A DNA stretch of 60,371 nt, from NCBI GenBank assembly GCA_964584035.1, contig CAZOYL010000001.1, positions 1 through 60,371 of the forward strand. The letters run 5' to 3'. The notes beneath the pieces are model-generated. The model ran no database searches and was not told the origin of the DNA. It saw only the letters and a program-made list of their open reading frames with translations. Positions 45,247-53,766 of this stretch are shown in pieces. The stretch comes from an uncultured Gemmatimonadota bacterium. Lineage in GTDB: Bacteria; SM23-81. Position numbers and translations under genes: made by a program. Position 1 is the first letter of the stretch. The number at the start of each line of letters is the position of its first letter.

Positions 45247-46371
45247 TTGGAAAAAGCGGTCATGGAACGGCAGAGGGTCAGCTCGAAACCGATATGGAAC
45301 GGATTGGTCGGCCAGCATCCGTCCTTTCTGAGAATTATCTCCGAAATCGAAAAGGTGTCCCGCATTCCGGGTATCACGGTGTTGATCACGGGGGAGAGTG
45401 GAACGGGCAAGGAACTGGTGGCGAAAGCCTTGCACCATTTGAGCTTCGGCTCGGAAAGGCCTTTCGTGGAGGTCAATGCCTCGGCCATTCCGGAGACGCT
45501 CCTGGAGGCCGAGCTGTTCGGCCATGAGCGCGGGGCCTTCACCGATGCCAAGACGCAGAAGAAGGGTTTGTTGGAGGCGGCTTACGGGGGAACGCTGTTT
45601 CTGGACGAGATCGGCCATATGAGCCCGAATCTCCAGGTCAAACTGCTCAAGGTCATCGAGGAGAAGTCGTTTCGAGCCCTGGGGAGCACCCAGGAGAAGA
45701 CCGTGACCGCCAGGATCGTGGCCGCCACCAATATCGACCTGGAACAGGCGGTTCGGGACGAACGGTTCCGTCACGATCTCTACTACCGGCTGAGCGTCTT
45801 TTCCATCCACATTCCACCGCTGCGGGAGCGAGAAGGCGATATTCTGCTGCTGGCCGAATATTTCCTGAAACAGCTCAGCCGACAGCATCGGGCTCCGGCC
45901 AAGAAGTTCTCTCCTGAAGCCCGGCAAATGCTGTTGGATTATTCCTGGCCCGGCAACGTTCGGGAATTGAAGAATACCATCGAACGGGCGATTCTCATCA
46001 ATGGGCACCAGACATTGTACCCCAAAGATCTATTGACCGATCGCCGAGTGAGCGAACGTCGCCGATCCGAAGAGGAGACGGTAATCTGCCTTTACGATGG
46101 CCAGAAGCTTCGGGTGAAACTGCCGGTCCAGGGGATCAACCTGGAGGGGCTGGAGAGGGAGATCCTGCGCGAAGCCCTTTTCCAGACCGAAGGAAATCTC
46201 AGCCGGGCCGCACGACTGATCGGACTCAGCCGGGACACTTTGAGATACCGGGTGAGGAAATACGGTTTGAACGGCAAGGGACATCGGCCCTTGTCCGATG
46301 GGCATCCGTTAAAATCCAGCGATAGTATCAAGCGTTTCATCGGGGGGCTCCCTCCCAACTCTTCGGAGTGA
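45247..46371 (+). CDS. Sigma-54-dependent transcriptional activator (AAA+ plus Fis-type HTH) lacking an N-terminal sensory domain
   Basis: GESGTGKELVAKALH Walker A, the GAFTDA loop, the C-terminal HTH NLSRAARLIGLSRDTLRYRVRKYGL. The AAA+ core starts ~20 aa from the start codon. GGGAG lies 6 nt before TTG 45247 (ATG 45262 is an alternative). Confidence 0.8.
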   Translation: MEKAVMERQRVSSKPIWNGLVGQHPSFLRIISEIEKVSRIPGITVLITGESGTGKELVAKALHHLSFGSERPFVEVNASAIPETLLEAELFGHERGAFTDAKTQKKGLLEAAYGGTLFLDEIGHMSPNLQVKLLKVIEEKSFRALGSTQEKTVTARIVAATNIDLEQAVRDERFRHDLYYRLSVFSIHIPPLREREGDILLLAEYFLKQLSRQHRAPAKKFSPEARQMLLDYSWPGNVRELKNTIERAILINGHQTLYPKDLLTDRRVSERRRSEEETVICLYDGQKLRVKLPVQGINLEGLEREILREALFQTEGNLSRAARLIGLSRDTLRYRVRKYGLNGKGHRPLSDGHPLKSSDSIKRFIGGLPPNSSE

Positions 46372-46406
46372 GGTCCGCTCAGCCTCTTGGTGTACGCTTG
46401 ATCTGA

Positions 46407-46458
46407 AGCCGGGTCGTCGACTCTCCGCCAAGGGAGCTCGACGCCCGGCTTTTCTTTA
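46407..46458 (+). terminator. Rho-independent terminator
   Basis: A long imperfect stem (agccggg.cgtcga...tcgacgcccggct) followed by ttttcttt. Confidence 0.6.
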
Positions 46459-46495
46459 TCCGCCGGGGCCGGGAAGCCTGTTGTCAAGAAATCGG

Positions 46496-46524
46496 TTGAC
46501 CGCCCCGGGCGCATAACGTATATT
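46496..46524 (+). promoter_or_regulatory. Sigma-70-type promoter TTGACC-N17-TATATT
   Basis: Near-consensus hexamers with 17-nt spacing, ~120 nt upstream of the PHP gene. Confidence 0.5.
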
Positions 46525-46646
46525 CTTCTGGATATATATAAATCTCTGACGCAATTTCTGCCAGGCTGCCTGACGCAATCCTGCTCTGCCAATCCGTAAG
46601 AAACGATACCATTTATTGCTCATCCGGTGGATTCCCGCGATACCCT

Positions 46647-47504
46647 ATGACGCAAACGAATCGAGTTGACCTGCATATTCATACCACCGCTTCCGACGGG
46701 CAGATGACGCCCCTCGAGGTGGTCCAGTCTGCCCTGGAACGTCATCTCCGGGCCATCGCCATCACCGATCACGACAGTGTGGCGGCCATCGATGAGGCCC
46801 GCGAGTATACTGGAGACACCGGGCTGGAAATCATCACGGGGCTTGAACTGGGCGTCGCCCACCAGGGAGCCGATGTGCATCTGCTGGGCTATTTCATCGA
46901 TCATCGGTCAGCCGGTCTGCTTCAGGCTCTGGAGCGTTTCCGCCGGTTTCGATACCGGCGCGGGGAGAAGATTATTGACAAGCTCAACCGGCTGGGCGTC
47001 GATCTGCGGATGGAGACGGTCGTGGCCATCGCTGGAGACTCTCCCCTGGGACGCCCTCATGTGGCTGACGCCATGGTCCGGGAGGAATATGTCAACAGTT
47101 ACCGCGAAGCCTTCGCCCGCTATCTGGGTTATCATGCTCCGGCCTATGTTCCTCGATCCGGTGTCTCCCTTGGGCAGGCGATTGATCTAATTCACTCCTG
47201 CAGGGGCGTGGCCGTATTGGCTCACCCCGGCATCTTGAACCGCGATGAGCTCATTCCGGAGATGGTCAAACTGGGTCTTGACGGTCTGGAGGCCTATCAT
47301 TATATCCATGATCAGGAAACCGCCCGGCGATATGTTCTCCTGGCCCATCAGCATGGGCTGGTGTTTACCGGCGGGTCCGACTGCCATGGCAGCCGGACCG
47401 GCAGTCGTCATCTGCTGGGCAAGGTTCCGGTTCCCTATCACTGTGTGACCGCTCTGAAGAAGCGTCAAAAGTGGTTGGATTTACGATCCGTTACCAGCTC
47501 ATGA
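46647..47504 (+). CDS. PHP-domain phosphoesterase (TrpH/YciV-like)
   Basis: VDLHIHTTASDG and ITDHD motifs. Confidence 0.8.
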   Translation: MTQTNRVDLHIHTTASDGQMTPLEVVQSALERHLRAIAITDHDSVAAIDEAREYTGDTGLEIITGLELGVAHQGADVHLLGYFIDHRSAGLLQALERFRRFRYRRGEKIIDKLNRLGVDLRMETVVAIAGDSPLGRPHVADAMVREEYVNSYREAFARYLGYHAPAYVPRSGVSLGQAIDLIHSCRGVAVLAHPGILNRDELIPEMVKLGLDGLEAYHYIHDQETARRYVLLAHQHGLVFTGGSDCHGSRTGSRHLLGKVPVPYHCVTALKKRQKWLDLRSVTSS

Positions 47505-49390
47505 AAATGACCTCAATAAGACACATGGCCGTGATCGGCATCGTCATGCTGATGCCGATCCTGCTGTGTCCGCCGACAGGCCGGTCCGAGGTCCCGAATG
47601 AAGGAGCGAATGTCAGCTCGGCCATCGATCTGGCTCTGACCGAAGGCCGGCTGGATGAGGAGACGGCCCTGATCTACCGGGTCTGGGCCGCTCTGGATCC
47701 GGAACGTCTGCCGCCGGACTTCGCCTGCTATCCGCGCCGCCTGCGCAAATCCTTGACCCCCCTGATGCTGGATGTACGATCCCGTTGGGCGGAACTCAGC
47801 CTGAGGACGCGCACGCTGTTGCTTCCCTATCTGCAGCGGCCCACCGAGCTGGGCCAGGAGCCCTTTTCCTACGGCCATTCCTACCTGACACCGGCCGTCT
47901 ATTACGACAGCCCCGGCGGTCATTTCCGCATCTGGTACGTCACTTCCACCAATGACGCCCCTGAGCTGGTGTATAGTCATGGCGACACCATTCCCGACTG
48001 GATCCATATCTGCGCCGAGGTGCTCGACCGGGTCTGGACGACCGAGATCGATACCCTGGGTTACCGTTCTCCGCCGGCCGATGGTCCCTGGTACGGAGGA
48101 GAGGACTACGGCGGCGATGAACGTTACGATGTCTATGTCGAGAATCTCAACCGGCACTTTATATACGGTTATACACAGAGCGAATTTTACATCGAAGGCG
48201 GAACACCGAGGGCCGCCACCAGTTATCTGGTCGTGGACAACGACTATGCCGGGATCTATCCCACCGCTGGAGCAGAGGGCCTGAAGGTCACCGCTGCGCA
48301 CGAGTTTTTCCATGCCATCCAGTTCGCTTATGACACCCTGGAGGAACGCTTCTTTATGGAAATTTCTTCCACCTGGATGGAGGATATGGTGTACGACGAT
48401 ATCAATGACTATTATTATTATCTTCAGAACTCCGGATCCATCTTTTATCATCCCGAAAGATCCCTGAGCACTTTCGACGGCATCCACGAATACAGCGCCT
48501 GTGTGTGGAACCATTACCTAACCGAACGGCACGGCGCGGATCTGATCCGCGAGATCTGGGAGGGTTGTGTCCTCGACGCTGTGCTGAACGCCACCGAAGA
48601 AGCTCTTCGGGTGCGCGGCAGCAGTCTATCTGAAGCCCTGCACGAATTCTCGATCTGGAATGCTTTCACCGGCCCTCTGGCCGACACCGTGTCATACTAT
48701 CCCGAGGGACACCGTTACCCCCAGGTCGGGATTCCAGCTGCCCAGATCCATTCCCAGATGCCGGTATCGGTGGACAGCGTGGCGGTGGCTCCGGAACCTC
48801 TGGGAGCCAGCTATGTGCGATTTTATCCCGAAGAGAGTGTCGCCGGTTTGGCCGTACAGGTGGCCGGGAATCCCGCCGCAGCCTGGAAGGCCAGCTTGCT
48901 GGGCGCCGGACCATCCCATCGGGTGCTGCCGATCACCATCGACGGTTTCGGCCGGGGAGAGGGTTTGCTGACCGACTGGGCCGCTGATGGATCGGCCCTG
49001 CTGGTCATGACGCCTTTCAGCTTCACCAATTCCCCGGTGCCCTACGGCTATCAGGCTCGGTCCGATTCGACCCTTCCGGAACCGCCGGTATACCTCACCA
49101 CCCTGGAGCAGAATTATCCTAATCCCGTCGAGGGCGATCTGACGGTGATACCTTTTTCACTGGCCCTCGAGGCAGATGTGACGCTGCATATCTTCACTCT
49201 GGACGGCCAGCTGGTGCGGACCTTCGAATGGGGCAGGATCGGGCCCGGGAACTTCTCCGGCCCGGATAAGGGCCTCGGCGGCTGGGATCTGACCAACGCT
49301 TCCGGCCGCCCGGTGGCCGCCGGTCTCTATCTCTATCAGCTCCAGGCAGGAGCCCACGTCGAGACCCGCAAGATGGCCATTTTAAGATAG
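47501..49390 (+). CDS. Secreted HExxH protein (putative metallopeptidase) with a T9SS-type C-terminal sorting domain
   Basis: Signal peptide, AAHEFFHAIQF, and the C-terminus LEQNYPNPVEG...VTLHIFTLDGQLV...AAGLYLYQL (Por_Secre_tail-like). ATGA overlap with the PHP stop. Confidence 0.65.
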   Translation: MKMTSIRHMAVIGIVMLMPILLCPPTGRSEVPNEGANVSSAIDLALTEGRLDEETALIYRVWAALDPERLPPDFACYPRRLRKSLTPLMLDVRSRWAELSLRTRTLLLPYLQRPTELGQEPFSYGHSYLTPAVYYDSPGGHFRIWYVTSTNDAPELVYSHGDTIPDWIHICAEVLDRVWTTEIDTLGYRSPPADGPWYGGEDYGGDERYDVYVENLNRHFIYGYTQSEFYIEGGTPRAATSYLVVDNDYAGIYPTAGAEGLKVTAAHEFFHAIQFAYDTLEERFFMEISSTWMEDMVYDDINDYYYYLQNSGSIFYHPERSLSTFDGIHEYSACVWNHYLTERHGADLIREIWEGCVLDAVLNATEEALRVRGSSLSEALHEFSIWNAFTGPLADTVSYYPEGHRYPQVGIPAAQIHSQMPVSVDSVAVAPEPLGASYVRFYPEESVAGLAVQVAGNPAAAWKASLLGAGPSHRVLPITIDGFGRGEGLLTDWAADGSALLVMTPFSFTNSPVPYGYQARSDSTLPEPPVYLTTLEQNYPNPVEGDLTVIPFSLALEADVTLHIFTLDGQLVRTFEWGRIGPGNFSGPDKGLGGWDLTNASGRPVAAGLYLYQLQAGAHVETRKMAILR

Positions 49391-49491
49391 AGACAGGGCC
49401 TGATCACGGGCGGTCAGGGATCAGCGCCTGCTGGCCGTTCAAACACGGCCTCGAGTCTTGGTTTTCCGCACATCCCTCTCCCTGAAAAATC

Positions 49492-49520
49492 TTGCCACCT
49501 CAATCAGCTTAACGTATATT
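49492..49520 (+). promoter_or_regulatory. Sigma-70-type promoter TTGCCA-N17-TATATT
   Basis: The -10 hexamer ends 7 nt before ATG 49528, and no SD lies in between. Confidence 0.5.
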
Positions 49521-49527
49521 CCCATTT

Positions 49528-50514
49528 ATGAACATCGCGAATCTGCTGATCGACCATCCCGTCCTTCTGGCACCTCTGGCCGGCATCACCGACTCGGTAT
49601 TCCGGCAGTTGGCCAGGGAATACGGCGCCGGTCTGGTGTTTACCGAGATGATCAGCGCCCAGGGGCTGATCCACGGTGGCCTCAAGACCTTCCAGATGAT
49701 GGAATTCACCCAGCAGGAGCGGCCCATCGGGGTACAGCTGTTCGGTTCCGATCCCGGAGCGATGGCCCGTGCCACAGAGATCGCGGCGAGGGGACAGCCC
49801 GATCTGATCGACATCAACTTCGGCTGTCCGGCCCGCAAGGTGGTCGGCCACCATGCCGGGTCGGCTTTACTGAAAGATCTGGACCTGCTGGAGCGAATTG
49901 TCAGCTCGGTCGTTGCGGCCGCCGGTCGGCCTGTCACGGTCAAAATCCGCAGCGGCTGGGACCGGCGTTCCATCGTGGCGGTCGAGGTGGCCCGGCTCTG
50001 CGCCTGCTGCGGCGCGGCCGCCATCACGGTGCATCCCCGCACCCGGCTGCAGGGTTTCTCCGGACAGGCAGAATGGAGCCTCATCGCTGAGGTGAAGAAG
50101 GCCGTGGACATTCCCGTGATCGGAAACGGAGATATCCGCCATCCGGAGGATGGACTCCGCATGGTCCGGGAAACCGGCTGCGATGCCGTCATGATCGGCC
50201 GCGGAGCCCTGGGCAATCCCTGGCTGCTGAGACGGACGGCCGATCTGCTGACGGGTACATCACCCGGTCCCGGTCCCACCATGGACGACCGCATCGAGCT
50301 GTGCCTGCGGCATGCCCGGAGGCAGGTGGCTGAAAGGGGTCACTCGGTCGGCATTCGACAGATGCGAAAGCATTTTGGCTGGTACACCAGAGGATTTCCG
50401 GGGGCGGCTCGATTGCGCGGCAAGCTGGTGACTCTGGAGCGCATGGAGGATGTGGAGGAGACCTTGAGTGAATATCGGCGCCATCAGGATGCCGGTGCCC
50501 CGGCCATGGCCTGA
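49528..50514 (+). CDS. dusB: tRNA-dihydrouridine synthase
   Basis: LAPLAGITDSVFR...TEMISA and NFGCPA motifs. Confidence 0.85.
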   Translation: MNIANLLIDHPVLLAPLAGITDSVFRQLAREYGAGLVFTEMISAQGLIHGGLKTFQMMEFTQQERPIGVQLFGSDPGAMARATEIAARGQPDLIDINFGCPARKVVGHHAGSALLKDLDLLERIVSSVVAAAGRPVTVKIRSGWDRRSIVAVEVARLCACCGAAAITVHPRTRLQGFSGQAEWSLIAEVKKAVDIPVIGNGDIRHPEDGLRMVRETGCDAVMIGRGALGNPWLLRRTADLLTGTSPGPGPTMDDRIELCLRHARRQVAERGHSVGIRQMRKHFGWYTRGFPGAARLRGKLVTLERMEDVEETLSEYRRHQDAGAPAMA

Positions 50515-50533
50515 TGGTGAGGGAGAGCAAAAG

Positions 50534-51301
50534 ATGGCGGAAAAAGACCGGTTGCGGGAGATCCTCAAGGCCCTTCATCAGGACCGCATAACCGTCGACG
50601 AGGCTCTCCAGGCGCTCGCCCGTTTTCCCGTTGAGGACATCACGTTCGCTCATATCGACCACCATCGGGCTCTGCGCCGCGGTTTTCCGGAGGTGGTCTT
50701 CTGCCAGGGCAAAAAGGCGGATCAGGTGGCCGCCATCCTGAACAGTATCGCCGCAGCCCACGGCACTTACCTGGCTACCAGGGTCGATCCGCGGATGGCC
50801 GAAGAGGTTCTCCGTCTGATTCCGGGAGCGCGATACCATCCTCTGGCCGGGATCATCTGTCCGGGGTCGATCAGATCCCCGAAAGGCGGACCGACAATCC
50901 TGATCATCTCGGCAGGCACCTCGGACATCTCCGTGGCCGAGGAGGCCGCCGTCACCGCCGAGGTGATCGGACACCGCGTCGAGCGGCTCTATGACGTCGG
51001 CGTGGCCGGTTTGCATCGTCTCCTGAGCCACTGGGATATCATCCGGCAGGCCGGCGTCATCGTGGTGGCGGCCGGCATGGAGGGTGCTTTGGCCTCGGTG
51101 GTCGGCGGTCTGGTGGACGTTCCCGTGATCGCCGTGCCCACCTCGGTGGGATACGGGGCCAGCTTCGGCGGGGTGACGGCCCTGCTGGCCATGCTCAACA
51201 GCTGTGCCGCCGGAGTGACCGTGGTCAACATCGATAACGGTTTTGGGGCCGGTTATGCCGCCGGACTGATCGTGTCGGCAGCGAAGGAAAGAGGCTCATG
51301 A
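50534..51301 (+). CDS. larB: Nickel-pincer cofactor biosynthesis protein LarB (PurE-like NaAD carboxylase/hydrolase)
   Basis: N-terminus LHQDRITVDEALQAL...DHHRALRRGFPEVVF plus the PurE-like AGMEGALASVVGG. Confidence 0.75.
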   Translation: MAEKDRLREILKALHQDRITVDEALQALARFPVEDITFAHIDHHRALRRGFPEVVFCQGKKADQVAAILNSIAAAHGTYLATRVDPRMAEEVLRLIPGARYHPLAGIICPGSIRSPKGGPTILIISAGTSDISVAEEAAVTAEVIGHRVERLYDVGVAGLHRLLSHWDIIRQAGVIVVAAGMEGALASVVGGLVDVPVIAVPTSVGYGASFGGVTALLAMLNSCAAGVTVVNIDNGFGAGYAAGLIVSAAKERGS

Positions 51302-52500
51302 GAACGGCCTATTTCGACTGCTTTTCGGGCATCAGCGGAGACATGATCCTGGCGGCCCTGATCGATGCCGGCCTTCCGGTTGACCATCTTCGCCAGGCGC
51401 TGGCCGGGCTTCCGGTGACCGGCTGGGAACTGAAGACCAGCCGGATCAAACGGGGCGGTATCGCGGCCAGCCGGGTGGAGGTGATCGTCAGGGAGGATCA
51501 GCCGCAGCGGCATCTTGACCACATCCTGGATATCCTGTCATCCGGCAGGCTGGACACGGACATCGTCAAGACGGCCGGCGAGGTGTTCACCCGCCTGGCC
51601 CGGGCCGAGGCTCGGGTCCACGGCGCGGAACTCTCGGAGGTTCACTTTCACGAGGTGGGCGCCGTCGATGCCATCGTGGACGTGGTCGGCGCGCTGGTGG
51701 GCTTGAAGCTGCTCAAGGTCGCACGAGTCTTCGCATCACCGCTGATGCTGGGCACCGGCTCGGTCACCTGCCGGCATGGCGTTCTGCCCGTTCCGGCGCC
51801 GGCCACTCTGGAGCTTCTGAAAGATGTTCCCGTGAGACGGTCGGAGATAGCGGCCGAGCTGGTCACGCCCACCGGAGCGGCCATCATCACGACCCTGGCG
51901 AAGGGATTCGGATCGTCCCCGCCGCTGCGCCTGGAGAAGGTGGGATATGGAGCCGGTCGGCGGGATCTGGAGGAGATGCCCAATCTGCTGCGGATCCTCA
52001 TCGGCACCACACCGGAGCGGATCGAGACCGATGTCACCACCGTCCTGGAATGCAGCCTGGACGACATGAGCCCGGAATTCTGCGGTCCCCTGGTGGAGAC
52101 TCTCTTGAGGGAGGGTGCCCGGGACGCTTTTCTGACCCCGGTGATCATGAAGAAGGGGAGGCCGGGAGTCCTGTTGACCGTTCTGTCGCCTCCGGAGCGG
52201 ATCGATACGCTCTCGCGGGTCATTTTCCAGCACACCACCACGCTGGGGATCCGTTCCTTCGAGACCATCCGGCAGAAGCTGCCGCGGCGTATCGAACAGG
52301 TGGAGACCCCCTGGGGATCGGTGCGGATCAAGGTGACCGAATTCGACGGCCGTCAGCGGGCCATGCCCGAATATGAGGACTGCCTGCGGGTATCCCAACA
52401 GCATTCTCTTTCCCTGACGGAGGTCTATCAGGGTGTCCTTCGGGCCTGGGAGGGATGTCCCGGCAGCTACGCTCAAGAAGGCCATGGGAGCCGCGGATGA
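51298..52500 (+). CDS. larC: Nickel insertion protein LarC (DUF111)
   Basis: AYFDCFSGISGDMILAALIDAG hallmark. ATGA overlap with larB. Confidence 0.8.
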   Translation: MRTAYFDCFSGISGDMILAALIDAGLPVDHLRQALAGLPVTGWELKTSRIKRGGIAASRVEVIVREDQPQRHLDHILDILSSGRLDTDIVKTAGEVFTRLARAEARVHGAELSEVHFHEVGAVDAIVDVVGALVGLKLLKVARVFASPLMLGTGSVTCRHGVLPVPAPATLELLKDVPVRRSEIAAELVTPTGAAIITTLAKGFGSSPPLRLEKVGYGAGRRDLEEMPNLLRILIGTTPERIETDVTTVLECSLDDMSPEFCGPLVETLLREGARDAFLTPVIMKKGRPGVLLTVLSPPERIDTLSRVIFQHTTTLGIRSFETIRQKLPRRIEQVETPWGSVRIKVTEFDGRQRAMPEYEDCLRVSQQHSLSLTEVYQGVLRAWEGCPGSYAQEGHGSRG

Positions 52501-53744
52501 ATTACACCTGCGAGCAACTGCAGCAGGATATCGACCAAAGCCGGCTCCGTCCGGTCTACTTTCTCTATGGCCCCGAGGAGTACCTCAAGGAGCAAGCCGT
52601 CCAGGGTATCCTCGGAAAGCTGGTGTCGCCGGATCTGAAGGACTTCAATCTGGACGTCCTCTATGGAGATGAAACAGATGCCGCGTCGATCGTCGACCGG
52701 GTCGCCTCGCTTCCCATGATGACCGAGCGCCGTGTCGTGCTGGTCAGAAATGTGGACCATCTGCCGATCGAGGAACGTAGAAAGATCCTGGAGTATTCGG
52801 CTCCATCCGAGAAAAGAAAGCTCCTGGAGGCCCTGGAAAAGGATATTCACAAAACGAAAAAGGATCTGCTGAAGGAAAAAGAAAGCCCCGGACCCGGCCG
52901 CAGGGAGGCCGCGGCCGAGCTGGACAGGATGCTCAGCCGGAAAGGTGACATCCTGCAGGGCCTGAGCTTTGCTTTTCCCCACGCCTGTTTGCTTCTCACG
53001 GCCGCCGATGGGGATATTCCCAGGATGTTCTATCGGAGCGTCAGGAAAAAAAAGACCTCCGGCCGGAAGTCCGCCGCCAATGGAGCCGTCGGACGCTCCG
53101 CTGTGAGACCGCGAGGATCTGACCGTTCCGATCCGGAGGCATCTCCGGATGGCTCATGGCTGAACCGGTTCGCCGACCGGGTGGTCGCCGGGGTTGAATT
53201 TTTATCGCCCCCCGACGTTGAGATTCCCCAACGGGTACGGGAGCTGTCCCGTAACCATGGGAAGTCGATTACCCCCGAGGCCATCGATCTTCTGGTCAAG
53301 GCCATCGGCGGCGATCTGATGGCCCTGGATAATGAGCTGGCCAAGCTGAGCATCTTCATCGCCGAGCGGCCGGAGATCGGTCCCCGGGATGTCGAGATGG
53401 TGGTCGGCGAAATGAAGGTCAGAAGCGTTTTCGATCTTTGCCGTGCCATTCCCTCAGGCGACCGGGCTCGATCCTTTTCTCTCCTGGGACATCTTCTGGA
53501 GTCCGGCATCGCCGTCCCCCAGCTGACCGGAGCGCTGCGCTGGAAGTTCACCCAGCTCGCCCGGGGCCGTCGCGGGCGCGGAGGGAGCCGAGTGCCGCAG
53601 ATCGATGACGATTGTCTGGCGGACATATTTGACCTGCTGTACCGAACGGAACTTTCTGTCAATACAGGCCGCCAGTCGCCGCGAATGGCCATGACCCTGC
53701 TGGTCGATCAGCTCTGCCGCCTGTTCGGGACCAGGGGGAAATAA
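52497..53744 (+). CDS. holA: DNA polymerase III delta subunit with two charged insertions
   Basis: VYFLYGPEEYL, GGDLMALDNELAKL and VFDL motifs. ATGA overlap with larC. Confidence 0.7.
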   Translation: MNYTCEQLQQDIDQSRLRPVYFLYGPEEYLKEQAVQGILGKLVSPDLKDFNLDVLYGDETDAASIVDRVASLPMMTERRVVLVRNVDHLPIEERRKILEYSAPSEKRKLLEALEKDIHKTKKDLLKEKESPGPGRREAAAELDRMLSRKGDILQGLSFAFPHACLLLTAADGDIPRMFYRSVRKKKTSGRKSAANGAVGRSAVRPRGSDRSDPEASPDGSWLNRFADRVVAGVEFLSPPDVEIPQRVRELSRNHGKSITPEAIDLLVKAIGGDLMALDNELAKLSIFIAERPEIGPRDVEMVVGEMKVRSVFDLCRAIPSGDRARSFSLLGHLLESGIAVPQLTGALRWKFTQLARGRRGRGGSRVPQIDDDCLADIFDLLYRTELSVNTGRQSPRMAMTLLVDQLCRLFGTRGK

Positions 53745-53766
53745 TCCATCGATATAAATGGAATGA

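Noticed and set aside
49433-49450. The hairpin ggccgt-tcaaac-acggcc after the T9SS-protease gene as a terminator
   Set aside because: It has only a 6-bp stem and a weak, interrupted T-run (tcgagtcttggtttt). It is plausible but too weak to list as a feature.
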